DNA of 64,000 nt, from the IMG/VR virus record IMGVR_UViG_3300045911_000062, positions 1 through 64,000 of that record. One strand, given 5' to 3'. The number at the start of each line of letters is the position of its first letter. Positions within the stretch are counted from its first letter, which is position 1. Of this stretch, positions 28,000 through 37,775 are shown piece after piece. The notes under the pieces are model-generated. The model was not told the DNA's origin. It searched no databases and saw only the letters and a program-made list of their open reading frames with translations. This DNA comes from a virus. The translations under genes were made by a program, and so were the position numbers.

Positions 28000-28872
28000 T
28001 TACTCCGAAAATGGAAATACAATTTTTGGATGATGTTGATAATCAATCATTTTAAAACAATCTACAGTAACCCAAGTTTCCAAATCTTCTAAAGAATTGA
28101 TTCTGTCATCTATCCATATTGATGGCGCAGAAAATGGTTGTCTTGTTATTTGATGCATAATTCCATCCATTTGATCTTGGTATATGTGAACATTCCACGA
28201 GAAATGACAGAATTTACCGGGAGACAGACCTGTTATTTTACACATTAATAAAAGTAATAAAGAATACGAAGCAATATTGTAAGGAGCACCTAAAGGCACG
28301 TCCATGCTACGTTGAATCATACATAAATTCAATGTCGAACCCTGTAAACCGAACATATACAATAAATGGCACGGTGGAAGTGCCATAGCATCTAACTCTC
28401 CCGGATTCCAGTGAGTTACTATTAATCTACGATCGTCATTACGTTTATCCAAACGCTCCACAATACATTTTAACTGATCAATTGATCTATTATCATTTGC
28501 CTTCCAATCTCTTGCCTGAGCACCATAGATGCGGCCTAAATCATCTTCTCCTTTCCTATTAGGGTTTTGTAACCATGATTGAGTTTTGTTAGCATTGGCA
28601 TCCCAAATTTTACATCCTAATTTTCTAAAATCTGCGGCGTTGGTACAGCCACGTATGAATCCTAACAATTCAGCAGCAATAGGTCTGATATCCATTTGTT
28701 TAGTAGTCAAAAGTGGAAATTTTCCTTTACTTAAATCGTATTCTCGGTAATCTCCAAATATTGTTGCGCATCGTTTATTAGTTCTTTCGTTTTTTTGTAT
28801 GAAACCGTTATTAATAATTTTTTTACAAAGTTCTATATAATTATTATCAAAATCATTAATTATTTGACTCAT
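28000..28872 (-). CDS. thyA: Thymidylate synthase
   Basis: FPLLTTK, IWD, RR, LPPCH, QRS-D-LG-PYN (Asn, dUMP-type) and HIY. Confidence 0.95.
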   Translation of the reverse strand: MSQIINDFDNNYIELCKKIINNGFIQKNERTNKRCATIFGDYREYDLSKGKFPLLTTKQMDIRPIAAELLGFIRGCTNAADFRKLGCKIWDANANKTQSWLQNPNRKGEDDLGRIYGAQARDWKANDNRSIDQLKCIVERLDKRNDDRRLIVTHWNPGELDAMALPPCHLLYMFGLQGSTLNLCMIQRSMDVPLGAPYNIASYSLLLLLMCKITGLSPGKFCHFSWNVHIYQDQMDGIMHQITRQPFSAPSIWIDDRINSLEDLETWVTVDCFKMIDYQHHPKIVFPFSE

Positions 28873-28873
28873 T

Positions 28874-29248
28874 TTAATTTTCCCATATTAATTGCATTTT
28901 TAAAGTATTTACGGCGTCAATTATTTTTCCGCATTTATTTATACAAAACCAGTTATCTGTTCTAATGCCAATTTCCATGTCGATATAGACTGGAGTATTA
29001 CCAGATGTCAATTCTACATTATATGCGATTTTATTCACTGTCTCTGGATTTATTCCACCAGCATATCTAGTATAGAAACCATCAAACGGTTTATTTATCT
29101 GATGGATTTCTTTACCAATGCCACCAGAACTGTCATATAGTAGACGAATTGCCACACCAAATTCTAACCGAATTGATGACTCGCTGGCAAGTTTTTCTAA
29201 CTGTTTCATGTCGGTTCTTTGATCTATCCCCATGAAATTTTCTATCAA
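28874..29248 (-). pseudogene. Internally deleted TrpF/PRAI-like TIM-barrel protein
   Basis: N-terminal GID-T...EFGV joins directly to the C-terminal LYD-SGG-G, YAGGI-P, IDME-G-RT-W motifs. 124 aa is too short for a TIM barrel. Confidence 0.55.
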
Positions 29249-29255
29249 TCATCTA

Positions 29256-30125
29256 CTATATCTCCGTTAATTTTCTAATCTGTTCTAATCTATCTTTATA
29301 TGCTAAAATTTCATGATTGACTTCGTTGATCCTTCCGTACCGAATTTCGAAACATTGAATCAATAATGTGCGCAAATATGTCCAATCTGGAGCGTATGGG
29401 ATTTTAGAATCCACATATAATTTTTGCAATGCTATCTCTTTATCTTTGAACCACGCTTTTAACTCGTCTAGTGTATACATTCCATTGCGAACAGATTTTA
29501 GGATATCGCCGTTTTTTTCTAAATCCAGATCTCTGTCTGTAAGAATTTGTTCACATTCTAGGCAAAGTCGAACAAGATGACTTGCATATTTTGTATCGTA
29601 TCCAAACCTATCAACCAATTCTCTTCGTTTACCAATAGGCTCTTTATTTTCCATCTTTTTAAATTTTGAATGCGCATACCCAAGAAATTTTTGGACGCTT
29701 CCTTTGTGTAAAAATTGTCGTCTAGCTGACCTCAGATGTTTTCCAACCTGATCTTCATATAGTACACACCGTTGGGGTAAAAACAAAACATCCACGATGT
29801 TTGGATTATTTTCTGCGGCTAGATTGAAGAATTTGACAATGGAAATGATATTAACATCATACTCTTTTTCATTATGATGAATGTGATGTTGATTTAACGT
29901 TTCAAAAAACTCTGGAGATGGACCAAATCCGCGAACATAGCCAGTCCTATGGGGAAATGCCATATCTAACGGCAGCATACAAATACCATAAATGTCTAAA
30001 TCGCTGGTATCGTTAGACGCTGCATATGCAAACGATCCAGTTATGCCCTCAAAAACAATATCAGACATAAAATCTTTAGACAAATTTAGTTTTCCCGCTT
30101 TATGTAAAGCTTTTATAGCACTCAT
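29256..30125 (-). CDS. Pol-beta-superfamily nucleotidyltransferase (RlaP-like)
   Basis: GS-AY...SDLD-YG, NNPN and GYDTK-A-HLVRL. Start reassigned to MSAIK (ATG 30125), just after the endonuclease stop. Confidence 0.85.
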   Translation of the reverse strand: MSAIKALHKAGKLNLSKDFMSDIVFEGITGSFAYAASNDTSDLDIYGICMLPLDMAFPHRTGYVRGFGPSPEFFETLNQHHIHHNEKEYDVNIISIVKFFNLAAENNPNIVDVLFLPQRCVLYEDQVGKHLRSARRQFLHKGSVQKFLGYAHSKFKKMENKEPIGKRRELVDRFGYDTKYASHLVRLCLECEQILTDRDLDLEKNGDILKSVRNGMYTLDELKAWFKDKEIALQKLYVDSKIPYAPDWTYLRTLLIQCFEIRYGRINEVNHEILAYKDRLEQIRKLTEI

Positions 30126-30126
30126 T

Positions 30127-31719
30127 TCATTTTTTCCATGACCAAACAGAACTACCGCAGTCCCAGATGCGATCATACCCGTTATTTTTCATGTTTTCCA
30201 CTTCTGTGAGATTTGGATCAAAAAATGGCAATATATTTTTTAGTTTATGTTTTTGAAATTTTACTCTCGACAATAATGAATCATAATCACTAGTATACCA
30301 ATAAGCTGGTTTAGTATAATGTGAAAACGTCATACCTATTTTTTTATAAACATTTCCAGAAAATAAATGTCTGTGACAATAACTTATGATAGATTCTGGA
30401 TGGTGTTTTTTTATGAAATTTGAAAATAATTTACTGGCACCGCCTATTACGCAGGTATTCAATAAACAACAATATCTTAACAACTCAAACTGATAATTTT
30501 TATTATATCTAGCATTACCAAATGACATCAAACATATTAGTTTATTTTCGGTATTAAATAAACCATAACAAATATTACTTTTTACATATCCCTGAAAATG
30601 GTTATGATTTAGAAATTGTTTTTCTAATTTTTTATCAACTCTTTTTAATATTAATTTTCTAGCGAATTGCCTTTCACAGTTATTCAAATTTGAAAGTATT
30701 ATTGATTTGTAAATATCTTTTTTCTTTTTCCACTCATGTTCGAATATATGTAGTAACTTTACATGTTTTCTTTCACATTCAACAGTTTTATTTAAATGGT
30801 AGTCTTTTGATACCCCAGCATTTTCAGAATGCCAGTATAAACCATTATATTCTATTGCTAAAGAATGCGACGGAATTAAAATATCTACTTCTGTTGATAT
30901 AAAATTTTTGTTTCGTTGTTGTATTAATTCTGGTGGTATTATTTTACATAATTCATTATAGACATCTATCTCACCAGAAGAAAAATAATGAACTTTAGGT
31001 TTTATGCCAAGTTTATGTAATGATCTGACCCATAATGATTCACTACCCCCATATGTTTTCACAATAAGCGGTATAGGCATTTTATCATTGATTTCTTTTA
31101 TTCTGATCGGATCATTAATAATTGATATTATCTCATCTGATAAATGTATCTGCGTTGGGGACGTCCTACCATATTTCTCTATATTGTTACTGATAACTCT
31201 TTGTTTTATTATTTCTGATTGCATAGGATACATAACCCCATAATTTTTAATCAGCGTTTCCATTTGTTTTTGTCGTATTTCATCATTCTGCGATGGCGCT
31301 TTTACACCATAACGCACTCTCATAGTATTTTCAATTTTTTGTTGGATGTCTTTATTGTGGGACACATTTTCCACACCATATTTTTCTAAATTGGTCTTTT
31401 TAATTTTTTCTTTTACTTCTTGAGTTGCAAAGACATTTTCCACACCATATTTTTCTAAATTGGTCTTTTTAATTTTTTCTTTTACTTCTTTCGAGTGGAA
31501 TTGGCTCTCCACTCCATATTTTTCTAAAAATGTTAATTTTGTTTTCTCTCTTGATTTTTTAGAATTATGATACCCCCTACATTTCCAACAACAATAATGA
31601 TTCCAATTGTTTGATCGTTTATTAAATTCTACTTTGTTGTCGCACCTATCACTCTCGCATTTTGGCGGTCCATTCTTTAGTAGCTCTTCCCTTATCAGTT
31701 GTTTTTCTTTTTTAAGCAT
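30127..31719 (-). mobile_element. Free-standing putative homing endonuclease (EKYGV repeats + PD-(D/E)XK-like nuclease + C-terminal domain)
   Basis: N-terminal Cys motif, KKTNLEKYGVENV repeats, EVDI...AIEYNGLYWH, L-IFE-EW, NHFQG, ELLR-C...GGASKL and RIWDCG. Confidence 0.75.
31364..31490. repeat. 58-bp identical direct repeat with 69-bp period (23-aa repeat)
   Basis: acattttccacaccatatttttctaaattggtctttttaattttttcttttacttctt at 31364 and 31433. Confidence 0.9.
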
Positions 31720-31790
31720 ATTTTTATTCCTTTGGTAATGGCGCTACTTATATTTAACATAGACACAAAATAAAATCAAAAAATTCTACA

Positions 31791-31798
31791 TATAAATA
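31791..31798 (+). promoter_or_regulatory. T4-type late promoter TATAAATA
   Basis: Exact consensus 24 nt before ATG 31823. Confidence 0.65.
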
Positions 31799-31822
31799 TG
31801 TAAAGAATTACGGAAATTTTAA

Positions 31823-33010
31823 ATGAAACAATCAATGGGCGTTAACATAACAACAAAAATTAATATTTTCTATTCAGATACAAAAGAATTAATACACACT
31901 GGATCTAATGCTATACATCCGCAAAATATGGCTAGAATTTTAGCCAGAGCACTAGCTAATGAACCAAATTCTATAATATATAGAATTGCATACGGTAATG
32001 GTGGATCATTCACCGATTCCGCAGGTAACACCGTGTTTAAGCCGCCCAATACTGGTGCAGAAGACGGTTGGCAATCAAGACTATACAACGAAACATACTC
32101 GGAAGTTGTCGATGAAAACAGTGTATTTTTTGGTACAGACCCAGGATCAGCAGATTCATCAAACGTTCGTATAGGCGGTGGTGATGATGCGAGTTCAGAT
32201 TCGCCCGGTGGCGGAACAAGAAGCACTGAAGTAGGACTTAAATCCAATATTACAATAATATCAATTTTAAATGAAAACGAACCATCTGGTCAAGTTTTAA
32301 CCGACGACCTTGGAGTTATAGAGGAAGCGCATGAAAAATGTTTTCTATTCGATGAAATTGGGCTTTACAGTCCTGGAAAACCGGCCAGAAGTACGAATGG
32401 ATATAGTAATGTTGATGTAGGCAATAAAAGATCTACAACTAATTCAAATTTAAGTGTTAACACTACATACACTATGGGAATAACTGTAGACGGCACGTTT
32501 TATAATTGTGAAATAACAACTCCTGCATCGGGAACTGGTACGTCTGGAGAGTTAACATATGGTGATATATGTGAAGGTATTAATGACGGGTCTTGGATTT
32601 CATCCGGTTCACAAATAAATGATTATGTTTATTTTTATATAACAGACGACTCCAGTGGAACATATCCTTCAATAACAAATAAACAAAGCTATGGATATTT
32701 AACTATTCAAAGTAAAACTACTGGAATAAATTCTTCCATCGTTCTAACATGTGAAACGGCATCTACGGATTTTTTCAACGCGATAACAAATGGAGTATGT
32801 GCAAATTGCAACATTGAACCAGTTAATGGACAAAATGCTGGGGTGCAAAACGATCCTATAAATCCCGAAAATGAGAGGGAGCGTTTGTTAACACATTTCA
32901 TTTTTAGTCCGATTTTAAAGTCTGCTAATCGTTCTATAACTGTAGAATATATATTGACAATATCTGTCGGCGAAACAAGTGATGCAGAGATAAATCAAGT
33001 TATTAACTAA
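31823..33010 (+). CDS. Putative baseplate/tail structural protein
   Basis: NAIH--NMA, IAYG-GG, FDEIGL and LLTH-IF-PI-KS-NR motifs, with a late promoter upstream. Confidence 0.6.
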   Translation: MKQSMGVNITTKINIFYSDTKELIHTGSNAIHPQNMARILARALANEPNSIIYRIAYGNGGSFTDSAGNTVFKPPNTGAEDGWQSRLYNETYSEVVDENSVFFGTDPGSADSSNVRIGGGDDASSDSPGGGTRSTEVGLKSNITIISILNENEPSGQVLTDDLGVIEEAHEKCFLFDEIGLYSPGKPARSTNGYSNVDVGNKRSTTNSNLSVNTTYTMGITVDGTFYNCEITTPASGTGTSGELTYGDICEGINDGSWISSGSQINDYVYFYITDDSSGTYPSITNKQSYGYLTIQSKTTGINSSIVLTCETASTDFFNAITNGVCANCNIEPVNGQNAGVQNDPINPENERERLLTHFIFSPILKSANRSITVEYILTISVGETSDAEINQVIN

Positions 33011-33031
33011 ACAGATATAAAATAAAAATAT

Positions 33032-33916
33032 TTATTGAGAAAATTCTAAAGAGAAATCTTTCCAATAATCTCTAGCTCTAATTGGAATTTTTTGATCATT
33101 TATTTTTAAATAAAATTGTGGATCTTCATCGTCTTCATAAAAACAATCCGGCAATTGTTTATTCCACGGCATATTATTTTCTAATGTTTCTAGACAAAGA
33201 GTTGGTATATAATTATCTATAGTTATATTTTGCGTTTTAATCATTTTTATTGGTTCAATGTCATTTACACCTACACTAGCAAAGTAGTCTCTAAACTTTA
33301 TTCCATCTCCCCATAACTTATCAGAAAAATGTAACCATAAACATGGAACTTGATATGCATGTGATGTTATTATTCCATGTAAACTTGAAGATATTATTTT
33401 TTCACAACTAAGAATATCATCTATAAATCTTTCCATTTTCTTAGCTGTTGGTGTTGTAGTATTTAAAATTATAGTATCGCGAAAATGCTCTTCATGTTGT
33501 TTAACAAAACTTACCATATCATGATATTCTATTTGATGTGGTATTATGCCAAGCTTATATTTCTTTTTTATATTTTTATTATTATACATAGATGGTAATA
33601 ATAATGCTGGATCTCCATATACCACTTCTCCAACATCAATTCCAGATTCTTCCAAAACTTTTTTCGTCAACGGACCCCTAACAACATTATAAACTAATCC
33701 GTGTCTAAGTTTTTGTGTTCTAGATATAACACCATTTCCAAAAACATGAGTATTTTTCGACAAATGATGAGTTAATGTACTACCTACTAATGTTATTTTG
33801 TTTTCTATCTCATGATGGCAATAATGAAATGGTATGTTTTTTTTAAATAAAATGTACTGATTTAGGGCATCACCGAAATTATTGGAAGGTATGAAATTAA
33901 TTTTAAGTCTTTTCAT
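33032..33916 (-). CDS. Polysaccharide pyruvyl transferase (second copy)
   Basis: NFGD, VRGP, YGDPALL, GIIPH, SSSLHGII-SHAY and KF-DY motifs. Confidence 0.88.
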   Translation of the reverse strand: MKRLKINFIPSNNFGDALNQYILFKKNIPFHYCHHEIENKITLVGSTLTHHLSKNTHVFGNGVISRTQKLRHGLVYNVVRGPLTKKVLEESGIDVGEVVYGDPALLLPSMYNNKNIKKKYKLGIIPHQIEYHDMVSFVKQHEEHFRDTIILNTTTPTAKKMERFIDDILSCEKIISSSLHGIITSHAYQVPCLWLHFSDKLWGDGIKFRDYFASVGVNDIEPIKMIKTQNITIDNYIPTLCLETLENNMPWNKQLPDCFYEDDEDPQFYLKINDQKIPIRARDYWKDFSLEFSQ

Positions 33917-34823
33917 TTTTTATAAACTTTTCAAAATAATCACTAAATGCTACTTTATTCGGGTTATGTAAGTGACCCCAATCTCTATGATAGAACGAAT
34001 CAAACATTATAGTTTTAAATAAATTTTTATTTTCGTGTGATATGGTTGAATATATTGATTCTTCAGAAAATAATTCTTTATCATTTATTATATCTACAAT
34101 TTTTGATACACATAAACAGCAAAAAATATCCATAAATTCTTTTCTTCCGCCGAAGAACCCGCCTATCATAGAATCTGTACGCATATTCGTGTCTATATGA
34201 TAGAACCGTTTTGGCAGTGGTCTATTGTTGGGTATTGTATGACATATGGATATGATTTTATTTTCTATGTCATTTAAAATATTTTGTATTAAATTTTTAT
34301 TAAAAATTCCAACAGACTTATTAGGATTATTTTTAACATCATGAAAATATTCATGTGGAAATAATAGACTACTAGACAAACCAGCATCAATCCAAAACAA
34401 ATAATCAACAGTAATATTAACTGAATTCATTACGTGACGTATCATTTCAGTTTTACCCCACATGATATGACAATTTCTATCTATCCAAAATCTACTTTTT
34501 AAATATGGATCAGATTTTTCAATTTTAATTTGAAAAATACTGTTAGAAAACCAAAAATCAGTTAAATCTTTTTTTATTACAAATATATTATTATACTCTT
34601 TGAATTCATTACATATCTGATGAAATGTATCACTAGAAGTAAAACAATATATTGGATAACCTATATTTGATATGCTTTTTAAAGATTCTCTATAATATTT
34701 TTCTCTATCTGGTCTTCCGCCAAATGGCGTTCCATGATAACCATCATAAATACAAGTTACAAATATGACATTATTATAGTTCTTTTTATTTTTTTTCACA
34801 GCATAACCATGCACATTTTTCAA
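33903..34823 (-). CDS. HtrL/WlaTC-like putative glycosyltransferase
   Basis: FVT-IY, K--M, FWIDAG, GGFFGG and EE motifs, shared with the middle domain of 35391..37730. Confidence 0.6.
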   Translation of the reverse strand: MKNVHGYAVKKNKKNYNNVIFVTCIYDGYHGTPFGGRPDREKYYRESLKSISNIGYPIYCFTSSDTFHQICNEFKEYNNIFVIKKDLTDFWFSNSIFQIKIEKSDPYLKSRFWIDRNCHIMWGKTEMIRHVMNSVNITVDYLFWIDAGLSSSLLFPHEYFHDVKNNPNKSVGIFNKNLIQNILNDIENKIISICHTIPNNRPLPKRFYHIDTNMRTDSMIGGFFGGRKEFMDIFCCLCVSKIVDIINDKELFSEESIYSTISHENKNLFKTIMFDSFYHRDWGHLHNPNKVAFSDYFEKFIKNEKT

Positions 34824-35349
34824 AGTCTATATTTGAGTATTTTTTTAAATTTTTTAATGATTCTAATACATCGGAATCTATTATTTCACACCAATCCCAA
34901 TATGTATCTTTAATATTGTTTAAAAAATGTTCCTCATTTATAGCATAATCGTGTGCCATAATAAAATCGCCAGAGTTTATTATCCTAGAAAAATAATTAA
35001 ATTCCTTTTTTTTATCGCCACCGTCACATAAAATCAAAGTTTTTCCACTTGATATTTTATCATTGATAATATCTAATGCATCTTTAGAGAATACGTCTAA
35101 TATTATTCTTCCTTTTAAATTTTCGTCTCCTACCCTATCAACAATATCAAAAGATAAAAAATTATAATTATATTCTATAGATTTTTCATATAAAAACAAA
35201 CAAAATCCACCATATGCAGTTCCAATTTCTATAACATTTTTAAAATTTTGTTCTTTTAAAAAAACATCAAAAGATGCAAATGTTATATTATTTTGCATAG
35301 CTTTAAAGTTTTTATATACAAAAAATCCAGTTTTATTAAAGTAATCCAT
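34786..35349 (-). CDS. Class I SAM-dependent O-methyltransferase (CmcI-like)
   Basis: VIEIGTAYGG, LILCDGG-K--EF and GD-I-AHDY. Confidence 0.75.
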   Translation of the reverse strand: MDYFNKTGFFVYKNFKAMQNNITFASFDVFLKEQNFKNVIEIGTAYGGFCLFLYEKSIEYNYNFLSFDIVDRVGDENLKGRIILDVFSKDALDIINDKISSGKTLILCDGGDKKKEFNYFSRIINSGDFIMAHDYAINEEHFLNNIKDTYWDWCEIIDSDVLESLKNLKKYSNIDFEKCAWLCCEKK

Positions 35350-35369
35350 TTTCTTTATTGTTTATATAA

Positions 35370-35377
35370 TATTTATA
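35370..35377 (-). promoter_or_regulatory. T4-type late promoter inside glycosylation island C
   Basis: Exact TATAAATA on the minus strand, 20 nt before ATG 35349. Confidence 0.55.
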
Positions 35378-35390
35378 TATTAACTTTGAG

Positions 35391-37730
35391 TTAATTTTCC
35401 CTTCGTTCGTGAGGTTTATAATGTTTAATTCTATTATGTAATATTGGAGATGCTAATAAAACTGCTGGCCTCAAATTACCTTCTTTAGTCATCTGGTACA
35501 TATAAGACATCCATGTTTGTTCATATGGATGAACCCATTTTGTATCAATAAACATTTTCTTATTACCTTTTTTAGAAACTATCATTGGCCAGTTTGCATA
35601 ATAAATTTCACCGTCAATATATGTTAATCCATCCAAATTTCTTATATTTTTGAAAATCGTCAACGGTGAATTGGGATCTAGACCTTGAATTGGTAATTTA
35701 TCATAATCTGGCCAATCTCTACTCCTTATATGTTGCGGAACGTTATACCATGAACATTGTTTATCATTGTCCAAGAACACTTCTGTAAAAGTTAATTTTA
35801 GAAAATCAAATTCATCTTTTAGCATTATTCTATGCACTAAATTATAAAGATTTGGAATATATTTTCTAAATCCATTCCTACAAAATTGTGATGAAAACTC
35901 TGGAGGGTTAATCGTCATATCATCTTCAAAGAAAAACATAAAATCTGCTTCAGAATCATGAAAATGTTCAGCGGCTCTTTGTCTTCCACCACATATACCA
36001 GTATTTCCGTTCATATCTATGTATTCAAATTTATACTCATTAGCAATCTTTTTATTTTGTTTTTTTGCTTTTACGTCTGTTGAATTGTCTATAAGAACTA
36101 AATGTGGCCTTTTTAACCATTCTGGTGTTTTTTCCATAGATTTAATAGTATGCTGTAATTGTTCTGGAAAATTGAATGTTAATATATACAGATTTGTCTT
36201 GTACTTTTCTACATCTTTATCGGTATATATTTTTATATTTTTAATTTTCTTTTTTTCTGTTTCAACAATTTTAACATTACCGTCGATAATAGCCTGTGTA
36301 AATTTAACAATTAAACCATTCCCATCCAATTCAAATCTTCTATAAATGTCAGGCTGATTATATGCCATGATCGTAAATATACTTTCCTCAGTCCCCATAT
36401 AACCATCATTTAATGTTTTATTTAAAATAGAATAATATGTTGCATTCGCATCATTTATTTGTTTTTTATGTCCACCAAATAGCCCACCTCTACAAACATA
36501 TTCTACTTTTTTTCCAGCGTAAATATTAATTTTATTAAATTCAAATCCATGAATTTCGGTATTAGCTTCATATGGATAACTAAGAAACAAAAATGGATTT
36601 GCATACTCTGGTAATTTGTCGAGTACATTATTATCTACTAAATGAGAATATGAAACAGTATTTGTAATACCAGCGTCTAACCAGAAAAAATATTCAGTAT
36701 CAAATGGATTCCAAATAGTCGCATCATTTAGCATAAACATTTTTGATTGTACTATTGGGTTGTACCACTCTAAACTGGCTTGTGGCGATTCAGATAACCA
36801 TCCTGCTAAATTTCTCCATTTAGGATTATTGCGTATTTTTTGTGTAACATCCCAAAAAGGTGAATATAATTTTTTTATATCTTCTAATTCATATATTTTT
36901 ACATAAGTGTTGCGTCTGTCTCTTTTTTCCCAAACTAAATATTCCAAATCTTTTGGAATATAAATAAAAAGATTTTGTGGAATATCTAAAAAATTTTTAA
37001 AGTTTTCTATATAATGTTCAAATGGTCTGCCGACTCTGTTAATGTTCCACAATCCTGTAACTATAGTCATGTTTTTATTAACATTAATGCTATTTTTATA
37101 TTTCATATTAACAAAATCCTCAAATTGTTCAACTCGACCAATTTTTAAATTATTTTTTCGAACTATTAATAAATTATATGTATAAAAATATTCATGATTA
37201 TCAATAATATTAAAAATTTCATGTCGATAATCTACTAAAACATTACTAGAATCTGCATTGCCACCTATATCTTCAATTATATAGTATCCATCATTTTTTA
37301 CTTTGTTAAACAAATTTATAAATGTTTTATACTGACCTTCTGAAGTATGTAAGCCATCATCTATTATAATATCAAATGTTAGTCCATTTAAATTATCTTC
37401 ACAGCTTTGTTTATCCAAAGAACTAAACAAAAATGTTTTTATTCTATCTTCAGAAATCATACAATCTTCTGCTATGTCAACGCCATATATATTTGCATTT
37501 TTAAAGTATTCTTTCCAGGCTCGTAAACAAGCTGCTGGCTTATAGTGTGGGTAAAAATTAGTCACTCCTACAAATGTAGATTCAATATTTGGATCTAAAG
37601 TACCTAAGCCAACCTCCAATATGTCTATACTATTATCTCTAATTTTTTCAAACAATGCAGAGTATTTTTTAGTATATCCAGAAAGAAATTTATCACTACC
37701 ATTTTTAATTATTATATCATCTAAGTTCAT
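35391..37730 (-). CDS. Three-domain protein: methyltransferase + HtrL-like + GT2-like glycosyltransferase
   Basis: Methyltransferase: SDK...LEVG...GVDI...IIIDDG-H...YIIED. HtrL-like: IVTGLW...WLDAG...GGLFGG...GTEE. GT2-like: IDNS...N-GI-GGR...FFEDD. Confidence 0.75.
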   Translation of the reverse strand: MNLDDIIIKNGSDKFLSGYTKKYSALFEKIRDNSIDILEVGLGTLDPNIESTFVGVTNFYPHYKPAACLRAWKEYFKNANIYGVDIAEDCMISEDRIKTFLFSSLDKQSCEDNLNGLTFDIIIDDGLHTSEGQYKTFINLFNKVKNDGYYIIEDIGGNADSSNVLVDYRHEIFNIIDNHEYFYTYNLLIVRKNNLKIGRVEQFEDFVNMKYKNSINVNKNMTIVTGLWNINRVGRPFEHYIENFKNFLDIPQNLFIYIPKDLEYLVWEKRDRRNTYVKIYELEDIKKLYSPFWDVTQKIRNNPKWRNLAGWLSESPQASLEWYNPIVQSKMFMLNDATIWNPFDTEYFFWLDAGITNTVSYSHLVDNNVLDKLPEYANPFLFLSYPYEANTEIHGFEFNKINIYAGKKVEYVCRGGLFGGHKKQINDANATYYSILNKTLNDGYMGTEESIFTIMAYNQPDIYRRFELDGNGLIVKFTQAIIDGNVKIVETEKKKIKNIKIYTDKDVEKYKTNLYILTFNFPEQLQHTIKSMEKTPEWLKRPHLVLIDNSTDVKAKKQNKKIANEYKFEYIDMNGNTGICGGRQRAAEHFHDSEADFMFFFEDDMTINPPEFSSQFCRNGFRKYIPNLYNLVHRIMLKDEFDFLKLTFTEVFLDNDKQCSWYNVPQHIRSRDWPDYDKLPIQGLDPNSPLTIFKNIRNLDGLTYIDGEIYYANWPMIVSKKGNKKMFIDTKWVHPYEQTWMSYMYQMTKEGNLRPAVLLASPILHNRIKHYKPHERREN

Positions 37731-37775
37731 GGCCAATACTTTAAAAAAATAATAATATTAGTGCATTAGTAAATT

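Noticed and set aside
28000-28872. dCMP hydroxymethylase feeding DNA glycosylation
   Set aside because: The protein has the Asn (PYN) of dUMP-specific ThyA, not the Asp of dCMP-modifying enzymes. No DNA-hypermodification pathway is evident in this window, although one elsewhere in the genome cannot be excluded.
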